64,000 nt of DNA from Octopus vulgaris (GCA_951406725.2 OX597817.1:14694001-14758000); one strand, 5' to 3'. Positions 12,976 through 25,936 are shown, numbered from the stretch's first letter. The notes: generated by a model from the sequence alone, not told the origin. A program made the numbers and translations.

Positions 12976-13213
12976 AAGGCGGCGAGCTGGCAGAAACGTT
13001 AGCACGCCGGGCGAAATGCTTTGTGGTATTTCGCCAGCCGCTACGTTCTGAGTTCAAATTCCGCCAAGGTCGACTTTGCCTTTCATCCTTTCGGGGTCGA
13101 TAAATTAAAGTACCAGTTACGCACTGGGGTCGATGTAATCGACTTAATACCTATGTCTGTCCTTGTTTGTCCCCTCTATGTTTAGCCCCTTGTGGGTAAT
13201 AAAGAAATAGGTA
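12976..13213 (+). mobile_element. SINE family B, young copy
   Basis: AAGGCGGCGAGCTGGCAGAAACGTTAGC head, GAGTTCAAATTCC, GCCTTTCATCCTTTCGGGGTCGATAAA core. Confidence 0.87.
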
Positions 13214-13469
13214 TATGCCTGTAGGGGAATATGAGGTGGAGTTAAAATTTTTCAAAAAATGTTTTGAAATATAGTCAGCTATCACCAAAAGGTGACTGAT
13301 ATAAATTATTTTTAAGAAGTGTTACAAAAAGTTAATAAAGGTAGCAAACATTGTCAGGAGATCAATATAAACCAAGATCAATAACCAAGGGAGGTTGTCA
13401 AGTTGTAGACAACCAACCAAACAACTAAAAACAGATTTGATGAATATTGGGAAAAGACCATAAATTTAG

Positions 13470-13739
13470 TTGTGTCTGGGGAGAGTCATTTTCTTTTTGT
13501 GCCTTATAATGTAACACACTCACTGATAAAATTTCCACTTATTTCTTATTTTTATGTTCCTTAAAATTTTCATTGCGTCTTGCAACCTTTTCAATAGTCT
13601 TGACTCTTAAGACTATTGAAAAGGTTGCAAGATGCAACGAAAATTTTAGGACAATAAAAATAAGAAATAAGTGGAAATTTTATCAGTGAGTGTGTTGCAT
13701 TATAAGGCACAAAAAGAAAATGACTCTCCCAGACATAAC
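13470..13739. repeat. About 270-bp fold-back palindrome
   Basis: Arms of about 130 bp reverse-complementary around ...AATAGTCTTGACTCTTAAGACTATT... Confidence 0.9.
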
Positions 13740-14344
13740 AGAATATGCTTCAACACACAAACTCATATAAAGAATCTTGCATACCAAATCCAAAAACGAA
13801 ACCATAAATATTTAAAGTGCCATTCTAATATGCAGAAAGTGTACATAAAATGAAAAGTCAACATTTAAAAGGTTTTGTCTATCATCCATAAAAACAATAA
13901 TATAAAGATTTAAAAAGCAAGGACAAAAAAACGATCTTCAATAGCATTTTGGCCGCTAAATATATTTACATATATTCATATTTCACCTAGTAGAATAATC
14001 ACCTGAAATAGAACCATGATGCAATAGAGAAGACTCCAAGTCTTGATTTCCAAGAAATCAACTTCTCTGGTTCTGACATACATGATAAACACACCTGTTC
14101 TATTCATTCAGAGCAGCTTGAACCACGGGGAATGAGAAAGTCTTCGCATGGAAGAACAATCTGCTGAGGCTGACGTTACTATGATAGGCTGATTTAACAC
14201 TATCCGAACAATTGGAATTAGACAAAGAATGCAGTTCATTGAAGAAAAGGAAAAAGAAAAACATCACAGAATACACAGGATAGGAATACTCGAAAACATT
14301 ATGTATTCAATGCATGCACATCCCAAAGGAGCATGGAGAAATAA

Positions 14345-14394
<50 letters not shown>

Positions 14395-14559
14395 GGTGGT
14401 GGTAGCAAACACAAAAGTCTTTTGTAAGTAGGAAGGCACAAATCACACATCTCTTCACATAGATGGCCCTGCTTGATTTGTAGAAAAGGCATAGATAAAA
14501 ACTCCATAAGATGTACCCGATGTAAGCTTTGGACATAAAAGTGGTGCGGCAATATCAAA

Positions 14560-15630
14560 GGAAAGTTAACGGAAAATAGCTTTTGTGTGTGGAAGATGCA
14601 CAGATACAATAAACACCCAAAATGTACAGAAAATAAACTCCATCAGCTGCCACTGGCGTAAGCTGGAGGTAGCAGATAGCTTCCGTTCTCTAGGTGACCA
14701 AGTTAGAAGTGGAGGTGGATGCTCCGAGAGCATAACTGTGAGAATAAGATTAGGTTGGGCAAAGTTCAGAGAGCTCCTACCTCTGCTGGCAGCAAAGGGC
14801 CTCTCTCTCAGAGTGAAAGGCAAACTGGATAATGCCTGTGTACAAATAACTATGCTACACAGCAGTGAAACATCGGCTATGACAGCTGAGAATATGCATA
14901 GACTTGAAAGGAATGAAGCCAGTATGCTTTGCTGGATGTGCAATGTCAGCATGCATGTTCGACAGAGTGTAAGCATCTTGAGAGAAAAGTTGGGCATAAG
15001 ATGTGATGTGCAACTGCACAGGTATGGTCATGTGATGCATATGGACAAGGACAACTATGCAAAGAAGTGCCAATCTCTAACTGTAGAGGTAACCTGTGGT
15101 AGAGATAGACCCAGGAAGACATGGGACGGAGTGGTGAAGCATGATCTCCGAACTTTGGGCCTCACAGAGGCAATGACTTGTGACTGAGATCTTTGGCAAT
15201 ATGCTGTGCTTAAGAAGACCTGTCAAGTCAAATGCAATGATAGTCATGGCTTGTGCTGGTGTCATGTAACTAGCACCTGTACCAGTGGCACGTAAAAAGC
15301 ACTTTTTGAGTGTTGGGCCTCATGGAGGCAAAGTGGTTGAGCTCCTTTCAAGTGTTGGGCCTCACGGAGGCAATGACAGAGACCTTTGATATTTTGTCGT
15401 GTAAAATTGCAGTCATGGCAGATACCAGTGTCATGCAAATGGCACCTGTGCCGGTGGCACATAAAAACACCCATTGCACTCTTAAAGTGGTTGGCATTAG
15501 GAAGAGCATCCAGCCGTAGAAACCATGCCAAATCAGACTGGGGTTTGATGCAGCCTTCCAGCTTGCCAGCCCTGGTCAAATCCTCCAATTAATACTGGCA
15601 TGGACAACGGACAATAAATGATGATGATCA
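14560..15630 (+). mobile_element. Decayed RTE-clade LINE 3' end (RT C-terminus + 3'UTR + (GAT)n)
   Basis: ORF 14585-15187 has FRSLG..RIRLGWAKFRELL..YGHVMHM..GRDRPRKTW motifs, then the GGTTGGCATTAGGAAG..CATCCAGC UTR and GAT tail. Confidence 0.85.
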
Positions 15631-16276
15631 TACAGACACACATACATATATGTGAATGTATGTGTGTATATATGCACACATGCACACACGCACGCATGCA
15701 CACACACACACACACAGATATACACAAGTATCCGATCATGGCCGTTGCCAGCCTCGCCTGGCACCTGTGCGGGTGGCATGTAAAAAGCACCCACTACACT
15801 CATGGAGTGGTTGGCGTTAGGAAGGGCATCCAGCTGTAGAAACACTGCCAGATCAGACTGGAGCCTGGTGCAGCCCCTGGCTTCCCAGATCCCCAGTCGA
15901 ACCGTCCAACCCATGCTAGCATGGAGAACGGACGTTAAACGATGATGATGATTATGATGATGATGATATAGAATGATAACAGCATACTTGCACTCAATGA
16001 TGTTGAAAAGAAAGCCATGGAAGGCTGTTGAATGTGGAGAATGCTCAGGAAAGAGGGTCTATTCTAAGTAGAGTCAATAGAAGCTATTCATGTTGACAGC
16101 CGTATAGTACATAGGATGATTAAGAATATGAAGGCAGAGAAAAACAGCTGGCCTATACGAGGTAGTCACTGAGATGCTTAAAATACTTGGCAAAGTAGGA
16201 TATAGATTAGAACCAAATGCATGGAGTTTTAAATATTGGTTGTATGTCACGATCAATAAACCTTATCACACAAATA

Positions 16277-16935
16277 TACACACACACACACACACACACA
16301 CATACACATATATGTATATACATGTTGAAAGGGAGAGAGAGAGAGAGAGATGTGCATGCATATAAACATACATACACACACATACACATATATGTATATA
16401 CATGTAGAAAGGGAGAGAGAGAGAGAGAGAGATATGCATGCATATAAACATACATACACACACATACACATATATGTATATACATGTAGAAAGGGAGAGA
16501 GAGAGAGAGATATGCATATAAACATACATACACACACAGGCACATATATATACTGAGAGAGAAAAAGAGACATGCATACAATCATACATATACACATCTC
16601 TTCACACAAACATACACACACACATATATGTATATACATGTAGAAAGGGAGAGAGAGAGAGAGAGAGAGATATGCATGCATATAAACATACATACACACA
16701 CATACACATATATGTATATACATGTAGAAAGGGAGAGAGAGAGAGAGAGAGAGATATGCATGCATATAAACATACATACACACACAGGCACATATATATA
16801 CTGAGAGAGAAAGAGAGAGACATGCATACAATCATACATATACACATCTATTCACACAAACATACATACACACAGATATAGGGAGAGGAAGAGACAGAGG
16901 CAGAGAGTGAGAGAGAGAGAGAGAATGAGAGAGAG
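16277..16935. repeat. Compound microsatellite-derived tandem array (about 75-80-bp unit of CA/TA/GA runs)
   Basis: Recurring CACATATATGTATATACATGTAGAAAGGGAGAGAG..GATATGCATGCATATAAACATAC with a larger duplicated block. Confidence 0.9.
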
Positions 16936-17335
16936 AATAGTCGCAACTACTTATGAAACATGCAAGGACGAAGGGGTATTTTGCATATCAGTACATTCAC
17001 TGCTGTTGTAAATAACTTAACCAAAATACCACCAAGTCAATGTTTTTGTGGACAATATCATTAAGTGACGCTACATGCATCTGTTTAATTGATGTACATT
17101 TTAGTCTTGCTGGCTCTTCCTGCAGAATGTAGTGATGGACAACTTGGCTAGTTTCGCTGGTACTCAGAACACATAATGGATTGTTCAATGCAGTTGAAAG
17201 GCCGTTATATCTAAGTGGCATTAATTCATTAATTCATCCTCGATGGCGACAGATATGCAAATGTCAAAAATTAAAAAAAAAAAATCCTTCGCATTTTTCA
17301 TAAGTAGCTGTAAGCTATGATTTCCTCCCACCTCT

Positions 17336-17379
<44 letters not shown>

Positions 17380-18303
17380 CTCTCTTACTGATAAAGTAAA
17401 ACTATCCTGATGAGCAGCCCATGTCCTTCCATCCATCTTACAGAGAGAGTTCAAAGGTTCAACCACTGTAAGGCTAAATCTACACTTACATGCATATGTA
17501 AGTCTATTTACATATCCAGAGACACACTATCACAGTACTATAATACCCTCACACACACACACACACACACACACATGCATATGTATGCATACACACACTA
17601 TTTATTTTCAGGGTTTTATAACGATTTTTTTATATTTGTCATCAAATTTATTTTATATCCAACTTATCTTCTCTCCTAAACCTTCCCCTACACCTCCACT
17701 GCTATCTTCAACAACAATTATCATCCACGCATTTGTTTTTCTCTATTCTGGCATAACTTAATCAGTTCTGTTTATAGAGGCCTCAATGCTGGCATGAACC
17801 AGGAAACTTCAGGCTAGGATTGGAAACGAAATAAATTATTGTCGATGAGAAAACTGAGAATAATGGCAGTAACAATTATTGTGACGATGTTGGCATCGTG
17901 TTTGACAATGTTTCTAAACACACACACACACATACATACACACACATACATACACACACACACACACACACATACACACACATATAGAAGAAAAATTTTA
18001 AATTTTTATTACCTTCACTTAAAAATGCTTGCTAATTTTAAACTATTTCAGCAAGCTAATTGAGAAATGAAAATCAAAGGCTTCATTGAATAATAAAATA
18101 CAAAATAATGACTGATAAAACAAATTTATATTCATGCTGGATTTCTTTTCCTCTCTTTTTTCCCCCTCTCCCTTACTCTTTCTTCTTCTTCTATCTTTCC
18201 TACTTCCAGTATATGATGGTGTATAAATTTATGATTCTATATCTAAATGTCTTGTGCAGCGCATGATGTATATAAAAACTGACAATGAAAAACATGAACT
18301 TAC

Positions 18304-18386
18304 ACCTCTGGGTCATTTGCCAAAGTAACGAGTCCTGGAACAACGCGGGTTGATATTAAAGTTTCACTGACACCCTGAATAAGTAA
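18304..18386 (-). CDS. RELCH: RELCH-like exon (83 nt)
   Basis: ttttccag acceptor, gtaagt donor; LLIQGVSETLISTRVVPGLVTLANDPE + 2 nt (cf. RELCH LLVKGVNETLVAQRVVPALITLSSDPE), HEAT-repeat pattern. Confidence 0.92.
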
Positions 18387-19444
18387 CTGGAAAATATATA
18401 AGAAAAATACAAAAAATATATATATATATATATAATTTAGATCTTTTATTTACTTTTTTTTTTTTTTTTTTGGCTTATAACTACTGTAAGGGAAGGGAGC
18501 AATTCAAAGAGGAACCATTCAAAAAGCATTATGAAGGGATAAGAGACTTGTCTGCAGCTGGTCATAGAACCTGATGCAAACAAAGAAAGCAATTTCACAC
18601 TAGCTGGTGTGCACAAAAGACAGTAATTCCACACCAACTGTGTATGTAAAAAAAGTACAAACATAGTTACTGGTGTTCAATGTGAGTGTTATATAAAAGG
18701 GACAGCAATTTAAATTTAGCAAAATGCATAGCATACAAGACAAGTATAAAAACTGAATGAAAAAAAATGAAAAGAAAAAATAATAAAAAAGAAAGGTTAA
18801 CTGCCTTCAATTGCATGGTAATAGCAGCAGAAAGGGAAAAAAAGATCAAGGCCAAGTGAATGATGCAGAGATAAAAAGACTGCGAAAACACCAGTCAGTT
18901 TAGAAAATAAGACAAAAGTATTTTCATAGCTTTTAATCAGGCATGACTGAATAGACGGAAATAAAACTTTTATTTTGAGAATTATCAACATTTCAGTGAA
19001 GATTATTACTTATTATTAGTAGAACTAATTGACTTTATTGTTACTTAATACAGTTATTTCAAAATGTTTCTGCAGATATATTTGGTAAATTAAATATATT
19101 ACAATAGATAGGCAAAATATAATTTAGAAAATAGGTGGATTAATTGAGAATAAACCTCTTGGCCGACAAAGGAAAACTTGGTAAAATTAAGTATATAATA
19201 ACACATATTTGCTTTTTAATTAATATGCACCACATAATAGCTAATCCTTGTATTCATAAAATCATTATCAGTCATTATCATCCTTTTAAGGTCCACTTTT
19301 CCATGCTTGCATGGACTGGGCAGAATTTGTGGTGGCAGAATTTCTATGGCCAGATACCTCTTCTATCACCAACCCTCACCTAATTCCAAGTAAGGTAATA
19401 TTTCTCCATGACCACATATTTTCACTTGATGCCAAGGCAAGGAG

Positions 19445-19476
<32 letters not shown>

Positions 19477-20297
19477 ACACACCTTTATATATGATTGGCT
19501 TTTTTCAGTTTCCATCCATCAAATCCACTCACAAGACTTTAGTCGGCCCAAGGTTATAGTAGAAACATTTTCCCAAGGTACCATGCAGTGTGACTGAACC
19601 CAGAACTTATATAGCTGGGAATCAAACCTCTTACCACACAGCGATGCCTCATAAAATCTGGACATATTTTATCTCTGTATAATTAAATTCTCTACTCATC
19701 ACTTCTATCAATTTATTTATATACTATACAATCATATAATCTATTGAAATATTACTTCCTTCCATAAATATATATCCCTTTAACATCACAAGCACTCGTT
19801 TACAAACCACATTATGTCTAGCATAAAAATAAATAAACTCTATTAACCCTCTGAGTGTTCTTTAATCACACATGATTTTTGTCTGGCATCCACACATCAT
19901 ATTTGAAACAGATTCCCAATTTATTTCAACCACCAAAAGTAATTTGGAACTTATGAAAGGAAAGTTTTATATTACTCAGAACCTATGTAACAAGGGCCAA
20001 CTAAAAGCCTGAAAACAGGCATGGACATTTAAGACAAACTTGTGAAAATACTTTGGACAGGCAAAGGGTTAAAGAGCTGAAGATATTAGAGAAAACCAAT
20101 TCATAGGATTCAAAAGTAAGTGTTGTACAACAATTCCATTCCCATTGTAAATACTTCCATTCTCAGAATGCAGATAGGGATTAATATAATAATCATTCCT
20201 GCTATAGGCACAAGACCTGAATTTTGTGAGGAGGGGCAAATTGATTACTTCGACCCCAAAAGGATGAAAGGCAAAGTCGATATTGGAAGATTTTTAA

Positions 20298-20690
20298 TGT
20301 GTGGTAAGTAGCTTGCTAACCAACCACATGGTTCCGGGTTCAGTTCCACTGCGTGGCATCTTGGGCAAGTATCTTCTGCTATAGCCCCGGGCTGACCAAT
20401 GCCTTGTGAGTGGATTTGGTAGATGGAAACTGAAAGAAGCCTGTCGTATATATGTATATATATGTATATGTGTGTGTATGTGTTTCTGTGTCTGTGTTTG
20501 TCCCCCTAGCATTGCTTGACAACCGATGCTGGTGTGTTTACGTACCCGTCACTTAGCGGTTCGGCAAAAGAGACCGATAGAATAAGTACTGGGCTTACAA
20601 AGAATAAGTCCCGGGGTCGATTTGCTCGACTAAAGGCGGTGCTCCAGCATGGCCACAGTCAAATGACTGAAAAGAGTAAAGAGTAAAGAG
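20298..20690 (+). mobile_element. SINE family A, slightly 5'-truncated
   Basis: Family A body and tail. Confidence 0.88.
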
Positions 20691-20752
20691 AGAAAAGTTG
20701 GGCATAAGAGGCATAAGATGTGAAGTGCAAGAGAGACGAATGTGCTAGTATG

Positions 20753-23668
20753 ATTGATTGATTGATTGATTGATTGATTCTAGTTTCAGCTTATGAGCTG
20801 TGGCCATGCTGGGGCACCGCCATTTGGTGTTGCTACTTGGTTTTACTTCATGGAGGCTTTCTAGCAACTGCTATTTGGTGCATGAGAGAGTTCGATGCAG
20901 CTGCCCTCATCTGCCCCTCCTGCCGTGAAGTTGGTTCATCTGGGACACCTGACAGGAAGAGATCCAGCTTCATTTTAAAGACATCTGTATCCACCCCATG
21001 CAGGTCTCTCAGGTTCTTCGGGAGGATATTGAAGAGCTGTGGGCCTCGGAAGCCCAGGCTATCACAGAATCTTGTCCTACATCTTGATGGCAGGTTTGGA
21101 GTCCTAGGCACCACGCAGTGGCGCCCAGTTCTGGCATTTGCGTAACTCTCGATGCCAAAGTTCAGGACACTTCCCTCCAGGATCTTCCAGATGTATATTA
21201 TGGCATATCTTTCCCGCCTACGCTCCAGGGAATATAATTTTAATCTCTTGAGTCTTTCCCAGTAGCTTACATTCTGCATAGAGGCTATCTTCTTTGTGTA
21301 GCTTCGTTGGATCGCCTCAAGTTCTGTGATCAACTTGACACTGGATGGTGACCATAGCTGAGAGCAATAGTCAAAGTGGCTTAGGACAAGTGTCTTCCAG
21401 AGGACCATCATGGTTTCTTGTTCTCTTGTTCTAAAGGTTCTAAGAATCCATCCAGCCAGCCGTCTACATTTCATTGTCAGTTTAGCAACATGTACATGAA
21501 AGGTCGCGTCATCACTCATGTGAATACCCAGGTCACGCACTGATTGTGCCTCTGGGATTGCAATCCCTCCGGGTCCAGTGTATTCATTGGGTATTGCATT
21601 CAGTTTTGCATGCTGATAGTATAAAGCTTGAAACTTTCCAGCATTGAACTGCATGCTATTCTTTTCAGCCCACTTGTATATTTCGTCCAGCTCACATTGC
21701 AGGTGTTTAGTGTCCTCAGGGTTCTGTATTGCCTGTGAAACTTTTGTATCATCTGCATAACTTGTGATCGTGGCTCTCTGCGTGGCTGAGGGCATGTCTG
21801 AGAGGGCCATTATGAACAGTAGTGGTCCCAGAACAGTGCCCTGCGGAACACCGCTCACTATTTGTGTGTTAATGGAGGTGGCCCCATTGGCTACTACCAC
21901 CTGACTTCTATCCTTCAGAAAGTCATGAAGCCATTCTCCCAGTTTTCCAACTATGTTGAGATCACGCAGTTTGTGACATATCATTCCATGATCGACTTTA
22001 TCAAAGGCCTTTGCAAAGTCGAGATATATCACTTCCACATTTGAGTGGTTGAGCAGCCGTTTCAGCACCCAGTCATAGTGTTGTAGGAGCTGAGTTAAAC
22101 AGCTTCTCCCTGGTCGGAAACCATGTTGGGTGTCGGGCAGCAAGTCATTCTCTTCAAGGAAGGTGATCAGCTTCCTTCTGACTATTCGTTCCATGACCTT
22201 GCTGATGTGTGAGGTCAGAGAGATAGGTCTATAGTTCTTGGCTTCCGCTCTGCTACCTCCTTTATGAATGGGGCATATTTTACCTTCCTTCAGTTTTCCT
22301 GGAAGTTTGCCAGCTGCAAGGAAGCTCTGAAAGAGGAACTGCAGTGGTCTTGCTAGGACTCTCTTACATGCTTTTAGGAGGATTGCCGGGAATCCATCGG
22401 GGCCAGTAGCTGAGTCTGTTTTCATTTCATCTATAGCCTTGGTTACATCGTCTTCCTTTATATCGATGTAATCTATCGTCGCCGCCTCTGATTTTATATC
22501 TGCAGTGGTAAAAAAGTCAGTTGGATTGGTGATTTGGAGATGCCCAAGGGGTGGAGTGAAAACACTCTTGAATTGCTCATTCAGTATTTCACTTACCCTC
22601 ATTGGTTTTCCTGTAAGTGTGCCATCCTTTTCGAGGAGTGGCCCTATTCTACAGTGCACTGTAGCTGTTTCTTTGGCATACCTGTAGAAAGCTCTGGGGT
22701 TAGATTTTATGTTTTCTATAGCCCAGGCTTCTTTGTCTGCTCTTTCTTTTTCATGGGAGAGTTGCAGACATTTTTCGATTTCCAACAGTTTTATTTTTAG
22801 GCGGGACTTTTCACTGCTTTCAATCTGTTTGTTTAGGCGATTTGAAAATTTCGTACGCCGTCTCATTAAAATTTTCCTCTCTCTGGGGATTTTGTTCTTG
22901 TGTACAGTGGCCTTTCTCTCTGGGACACATTTGTAGCATATGGCTTGCATTACAGACATGAATTGTTGAAGTTTCATGTCGATGTCTGGCGAGGAGAGAC
23001 ATTTAGGCCAGTTTTGTTTGAGGATCTCTTTCTCAATTTGTTTCCAGTTTGCCTTATGGTAGTTCAAGCTGGAAAGATTTTGAGGGTTTCTTGTAGGCTG
23101 CATGTCCGTGCTCTCTTTTGGCCCGTACATGGTCAGCTCTATCATGTTGTGATCCGAGAGTAGTGTCGGTGTCACTTTCACATTATGGATGAGATCCATG
23201 TCATTTGTGAAGCAGAGATCCAGTGTGTTACCTGCCCTGGTTGGTTGGAGTATTACCTGCTCCATGTACAGGGTGTTGATGAGGTTCAGGAGGGACCTCG
23301 CCTGTCCTCGTTCACATCTTGTCATTCCTGGGAGAGAAAGGCCCTCGGGCCATCTGACATTGGGCAGATTGAAGTCTCCCATAAGAAGCACACCTATGTG
23401 TTGTTCTAATGTGGTTAGAATTTCTTCTATTTTTATAAGGCAGTCTTCAAACTTGCCCACATGGCTTGGGGCATCTGGAGGGCGATATGTAGCACACACA
23501 ACTACATCAAGTTGCCTAATATGTACAATTAGTGTGTCACACACCGAGTTTGAGTATGACAAGAGGACCTGGGGTGTGAGGTCCTCACGGATGTACATAG
23601 CAACACCTCCATGGCTCCTTTCTTTCCTGTCGGTCCGTAGTACAGCATACTGTGGTATGTGTAACTAT
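20753..23668 (-). mobile_element. 5'-truncated CR1-group (CR1/L2/Crack-like) LINE, recent insertion
   Basis: Long EN-RT ORF, about 70 nt 3'UTR, (AATC)n tail at 20753-20778; GTATG on both sides (20748-20752, 23669-23673); splits an RTE remnant. Confidence 0.92.
20848..23661 (-). CDS. LINE ORF2: partial APE endonuclease + reverse transcriptase
   Basis: 916-aa ORF from 23598, open upstream to the truncation (HIPQYAVLRTDRKERSHGGVA). EN motifs YRPP, GDFN, TLDLCF, SDH; RT motifs NYRPISLTS, QHGFR, YLDFAKAFDKV, GVPQGTVLGP, YADD. Confidence 0.93.
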   Translation of the reverse strand, partial: HIPQYAVLRTDRKERSHGGVAMYIREDLTPQVLLSYSNSVCDTLIVHIRQLDVVVCATYRPPDAPSHVGKFEDCLIKIEEILTTLEQHIGVLLMGDFNLPNVRWPEGLSLPGMTRCERGQARSLLNLINTLYMEQVILQPTRAGNTLDLCFTNDMDLIHNVKVTPTLLSDHNMIELTMYGPKESTDMQPTRNPQNLSSLNYHKANWKQIEKEILKQNWPKCLSSPDIDMKLQQFMSVMQAICYKCVPERKATVHKNKIPRERKILMRRRTKFSNRLNKQIESSEKSRLKIKLLEIEKCLQLSHEKERADKEAWAIENIKSNPRAFYRYAKETATVHCRIGPLLEKDGTLTGKPMRVSEILNEQFKSVFTPPLGHLQITNPTDFFTTADIKSEAATIDYIDIKEDDVTKAIDEMKTDSATGPDGFPAILLKACKRVLARPLQFLFQSFLAAGKLPGKLKEGKICPIHKGGSRAEAKNYRPISLTSHISKVMERIVRRKLITFLEENDLLPDTQHGFRPGRSCLTQLLQHYDWVLKRLLNHSNVEVIYLDFAKAFDKVDHGMICHKLRDLNIVGKLGEWLHDFLKDRSQVVVANGATSINTQIVSGVPQGTVLGPLLFIMALSDMPSATQRATITSYADDTKVSQAIQNPEDTKHLQCELDEIYKWAEKNSMQFNAGKFQALYYQHAKLNAIPNEYTGPGGIAIPEAQSVRDLGIHMSDDATFHVHVAKLTMKCRRLAGWILRTFRTREQETMMVLWKTLVLSHFDYCSQLWSPSSVKLITELEAIQRSYTKKIASMQNVSYWERLKRLKLYSLERRRERYAIIYIWKILEGSVLNFGIESYANARTGRHCVVPRTPNLPSRCRTRFCDSLGFRGPQLFNILPKNLRDLHGVDTDVFKMKLDLFLSGVPDEPTSRQEGQMRAAASNSLMHQIAVARKPP

Positions 23669-24236
23669 GTATGGTCATGTGATGCATATGGATGAGGACA
23701 GCTGTGTAAAGAAGTGCTGACCTCTAACTGTAGAGGGAACCTGTGGCAGAAGTAGACCCAGGAAGACATGTAACGAGGTGGTGAAGCATTAGCTTCAAAC
23801 TTTGGGCCTCATAGAGGCGATGACTCATGACCTTTGGCGATATGCTGTGCTCAAGAAGACCCATCAAGCCAAGTGAAATTGTAGTCATGTCTGATGCTGA
23901 TGTCACGTAACAGGCACCCATCTTGGTGGCATGTAAAAATCACCTTTCAAGCACTGGGCCTCATGGGGGCAAAGTGGCTGATACCGAAGGCATGTGAAAA
24001 ACTCCTTTCAAATGTTGGGCCTCACACAGGCAATGACCAAGACCTTTGGCATTATGTCATGCTTGAGAAGACCCATCAAACCAAGTAAAATCACAGCTGT
24101 GGCAGATACCAATGTCATGCAAATGGCACCCATACCAGTGGCAAGTAAAAGCACCCATTGCTCTCAGAGTGGTTGGTGTTAGGAAGGGCATCCAGCTGTA
24201 GAAACCATGGTCAACAGACACTAAATGATGATGATG
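23669..24236 (+). mobile_element. Decayed RTE 3' end, downstream half (upstream half 20690-20752) split by the CR1-group LINE
   Basis: The joined halves are collinear with 14981-15630. Confidence 0.82.
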
Positions 24237-24254
24237 AACACAGTGTCAGGCAAA

Positions 24255-24678
24255 ATACCTATTTGTTTATTACCCACAAGGGGCTAAACACAGAGAGGAC
24301 AAACAAGGACAGACAAACAGATTGAGTCGATTATATCGACCCCAGTGCATAACTGGTACTTAATTTATCAACCCCGAAAGGATGAAAGGCAAAGTCAACC
24401 TCGGCAGAATTTGAACTCAGAACGTAAAGACAGACGAGATACCTATTTCTATTTCTTTACTACCCGCAAGGGGCTAAACACAGAGAGGACAAACAAGGAC
24501 AGACAAATGGATTAAGTTGATTATATTGACCCCAGTGCATAACTGGTACTTATTTAATCGACCCCGAAAGGATGAAAGGCAAAGTCAATCTCAGCGGAAT
24601 TTGAACTCAGAACGTAGCGGCAGATGAAATACCGCTAAGTATTTCACCTGGCGTGCTAACGATTCTGCCAGCTCATGA
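24255..24678 (-). mobile_element. SINE family B with tandemly duplicated 3' portion
   Basis: About 185-bp unit at 24255-24440 repeated at 24440-24625, followed by one head. Confidence 0.82.
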
Positions 24679-25936
24679 CTTTAAATGATAAGGTGAATAA
24701 GCAGAAAGGTAACTACTAGTAGTATGAGACTCCCTTTTCTAACAATGTTGCAAAATCTAGTGAGGAAACATTGTATTTCCTTTTCCATACTTGCATTTCA
24801 TAGAACTAGTAAGATCTCAGTCATCAAACTGAAGTCATACTGGAGCACCGCCTTGAAAGATTTAATCATAGAAATCCAACACAGATCCAACAAATCCAAC
24901 ACGAGCATATTTCAAAATCTGGTACTTATTCTATTGCTCTCTTTTGCTTCACCACTAAGATACATTGTAAACATATAAAAAGACCAATACCAAGTGACAA
25001 GCGGTAGGAAAGGTTGACAAACACAAAGACACACATGTACATATGTGGGCTTCCATACAGTTACCATTAATCAAATTCACTCACAAAGCATTGATTAGTC
25101 CAGGGATACAGTAAAAAAAAAACTTGCCGAAGGTGCCACACAGTGGAACAGAACACAGAACCATGTTATTGCAAAGTGAGTTTCTTAACCACACAGGCAT
25201 GCTTGCACCTTTATACTATCAAGATTTTTACAACAAAATCAGTATCACCATTATGTGATGGTTTGAAAATGTTTGCTGAAATACCACCACCACCGCTGAT
25301 GCTATATTGAAGCAAACTCTTTTAGATCTAACCATTTAATTCAATTTTTGTTTGAGCTACTTCAGTTTTGGCTAGCTTTTACTACAAACTCATATATCTT
25401 CTAATATGAGTTCATAACACTTAAGTATTCTCTCCTTAAATAGCTTCTTATGTCTATAAGTCACTATCAATTTCTTTATTCATCTAGATTCAGTCTTCCC
25501 TCGTAACTGAACGTTTTCGTTTGAATCATGAACTAACAACAGTTCTGACATACATCTTACAACCTGTCTTTTGATAACCAAACAAGAAAGTCACTAGATG
25601 TCTTCCAAGTAATTCAAACTAATCACTATATTGTCAAGGATGTCTACTGCCAACATTAATTAAGTCTTCAATACATCAGTGAAAAACAAAATAACATTTG
25701 GACTTTAAATTCCAAATCTATTGTTCTTCCTCTATTCATAAAGATATATATATACATACTTACATACATGTACACACACATTATGTGTACATACATACGT
25801 ACATACATACATAGGTGTATTTGTGTATGTGTGTAAACAATGCCTTGTTCAAGTGAATTAATATTTTAGTATTCATGCGTAAGTATTATTCAAATTTATT
25901 ATTTTTGTTATTATTATTAGTAGTAGTAGCAATATT

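Noticed and set aside
14005-14285. Protein-like plus-strand stretch (NHDAIEKTPSLDFQEINF...)
   Set aside because: Stops in all frames, no family recognised, no convincing splice-site pair.
16174-16881. Many overlapping short ORFs
   Set aside because: Artefacts of CA/TA/GA compound microsatellite repeats.
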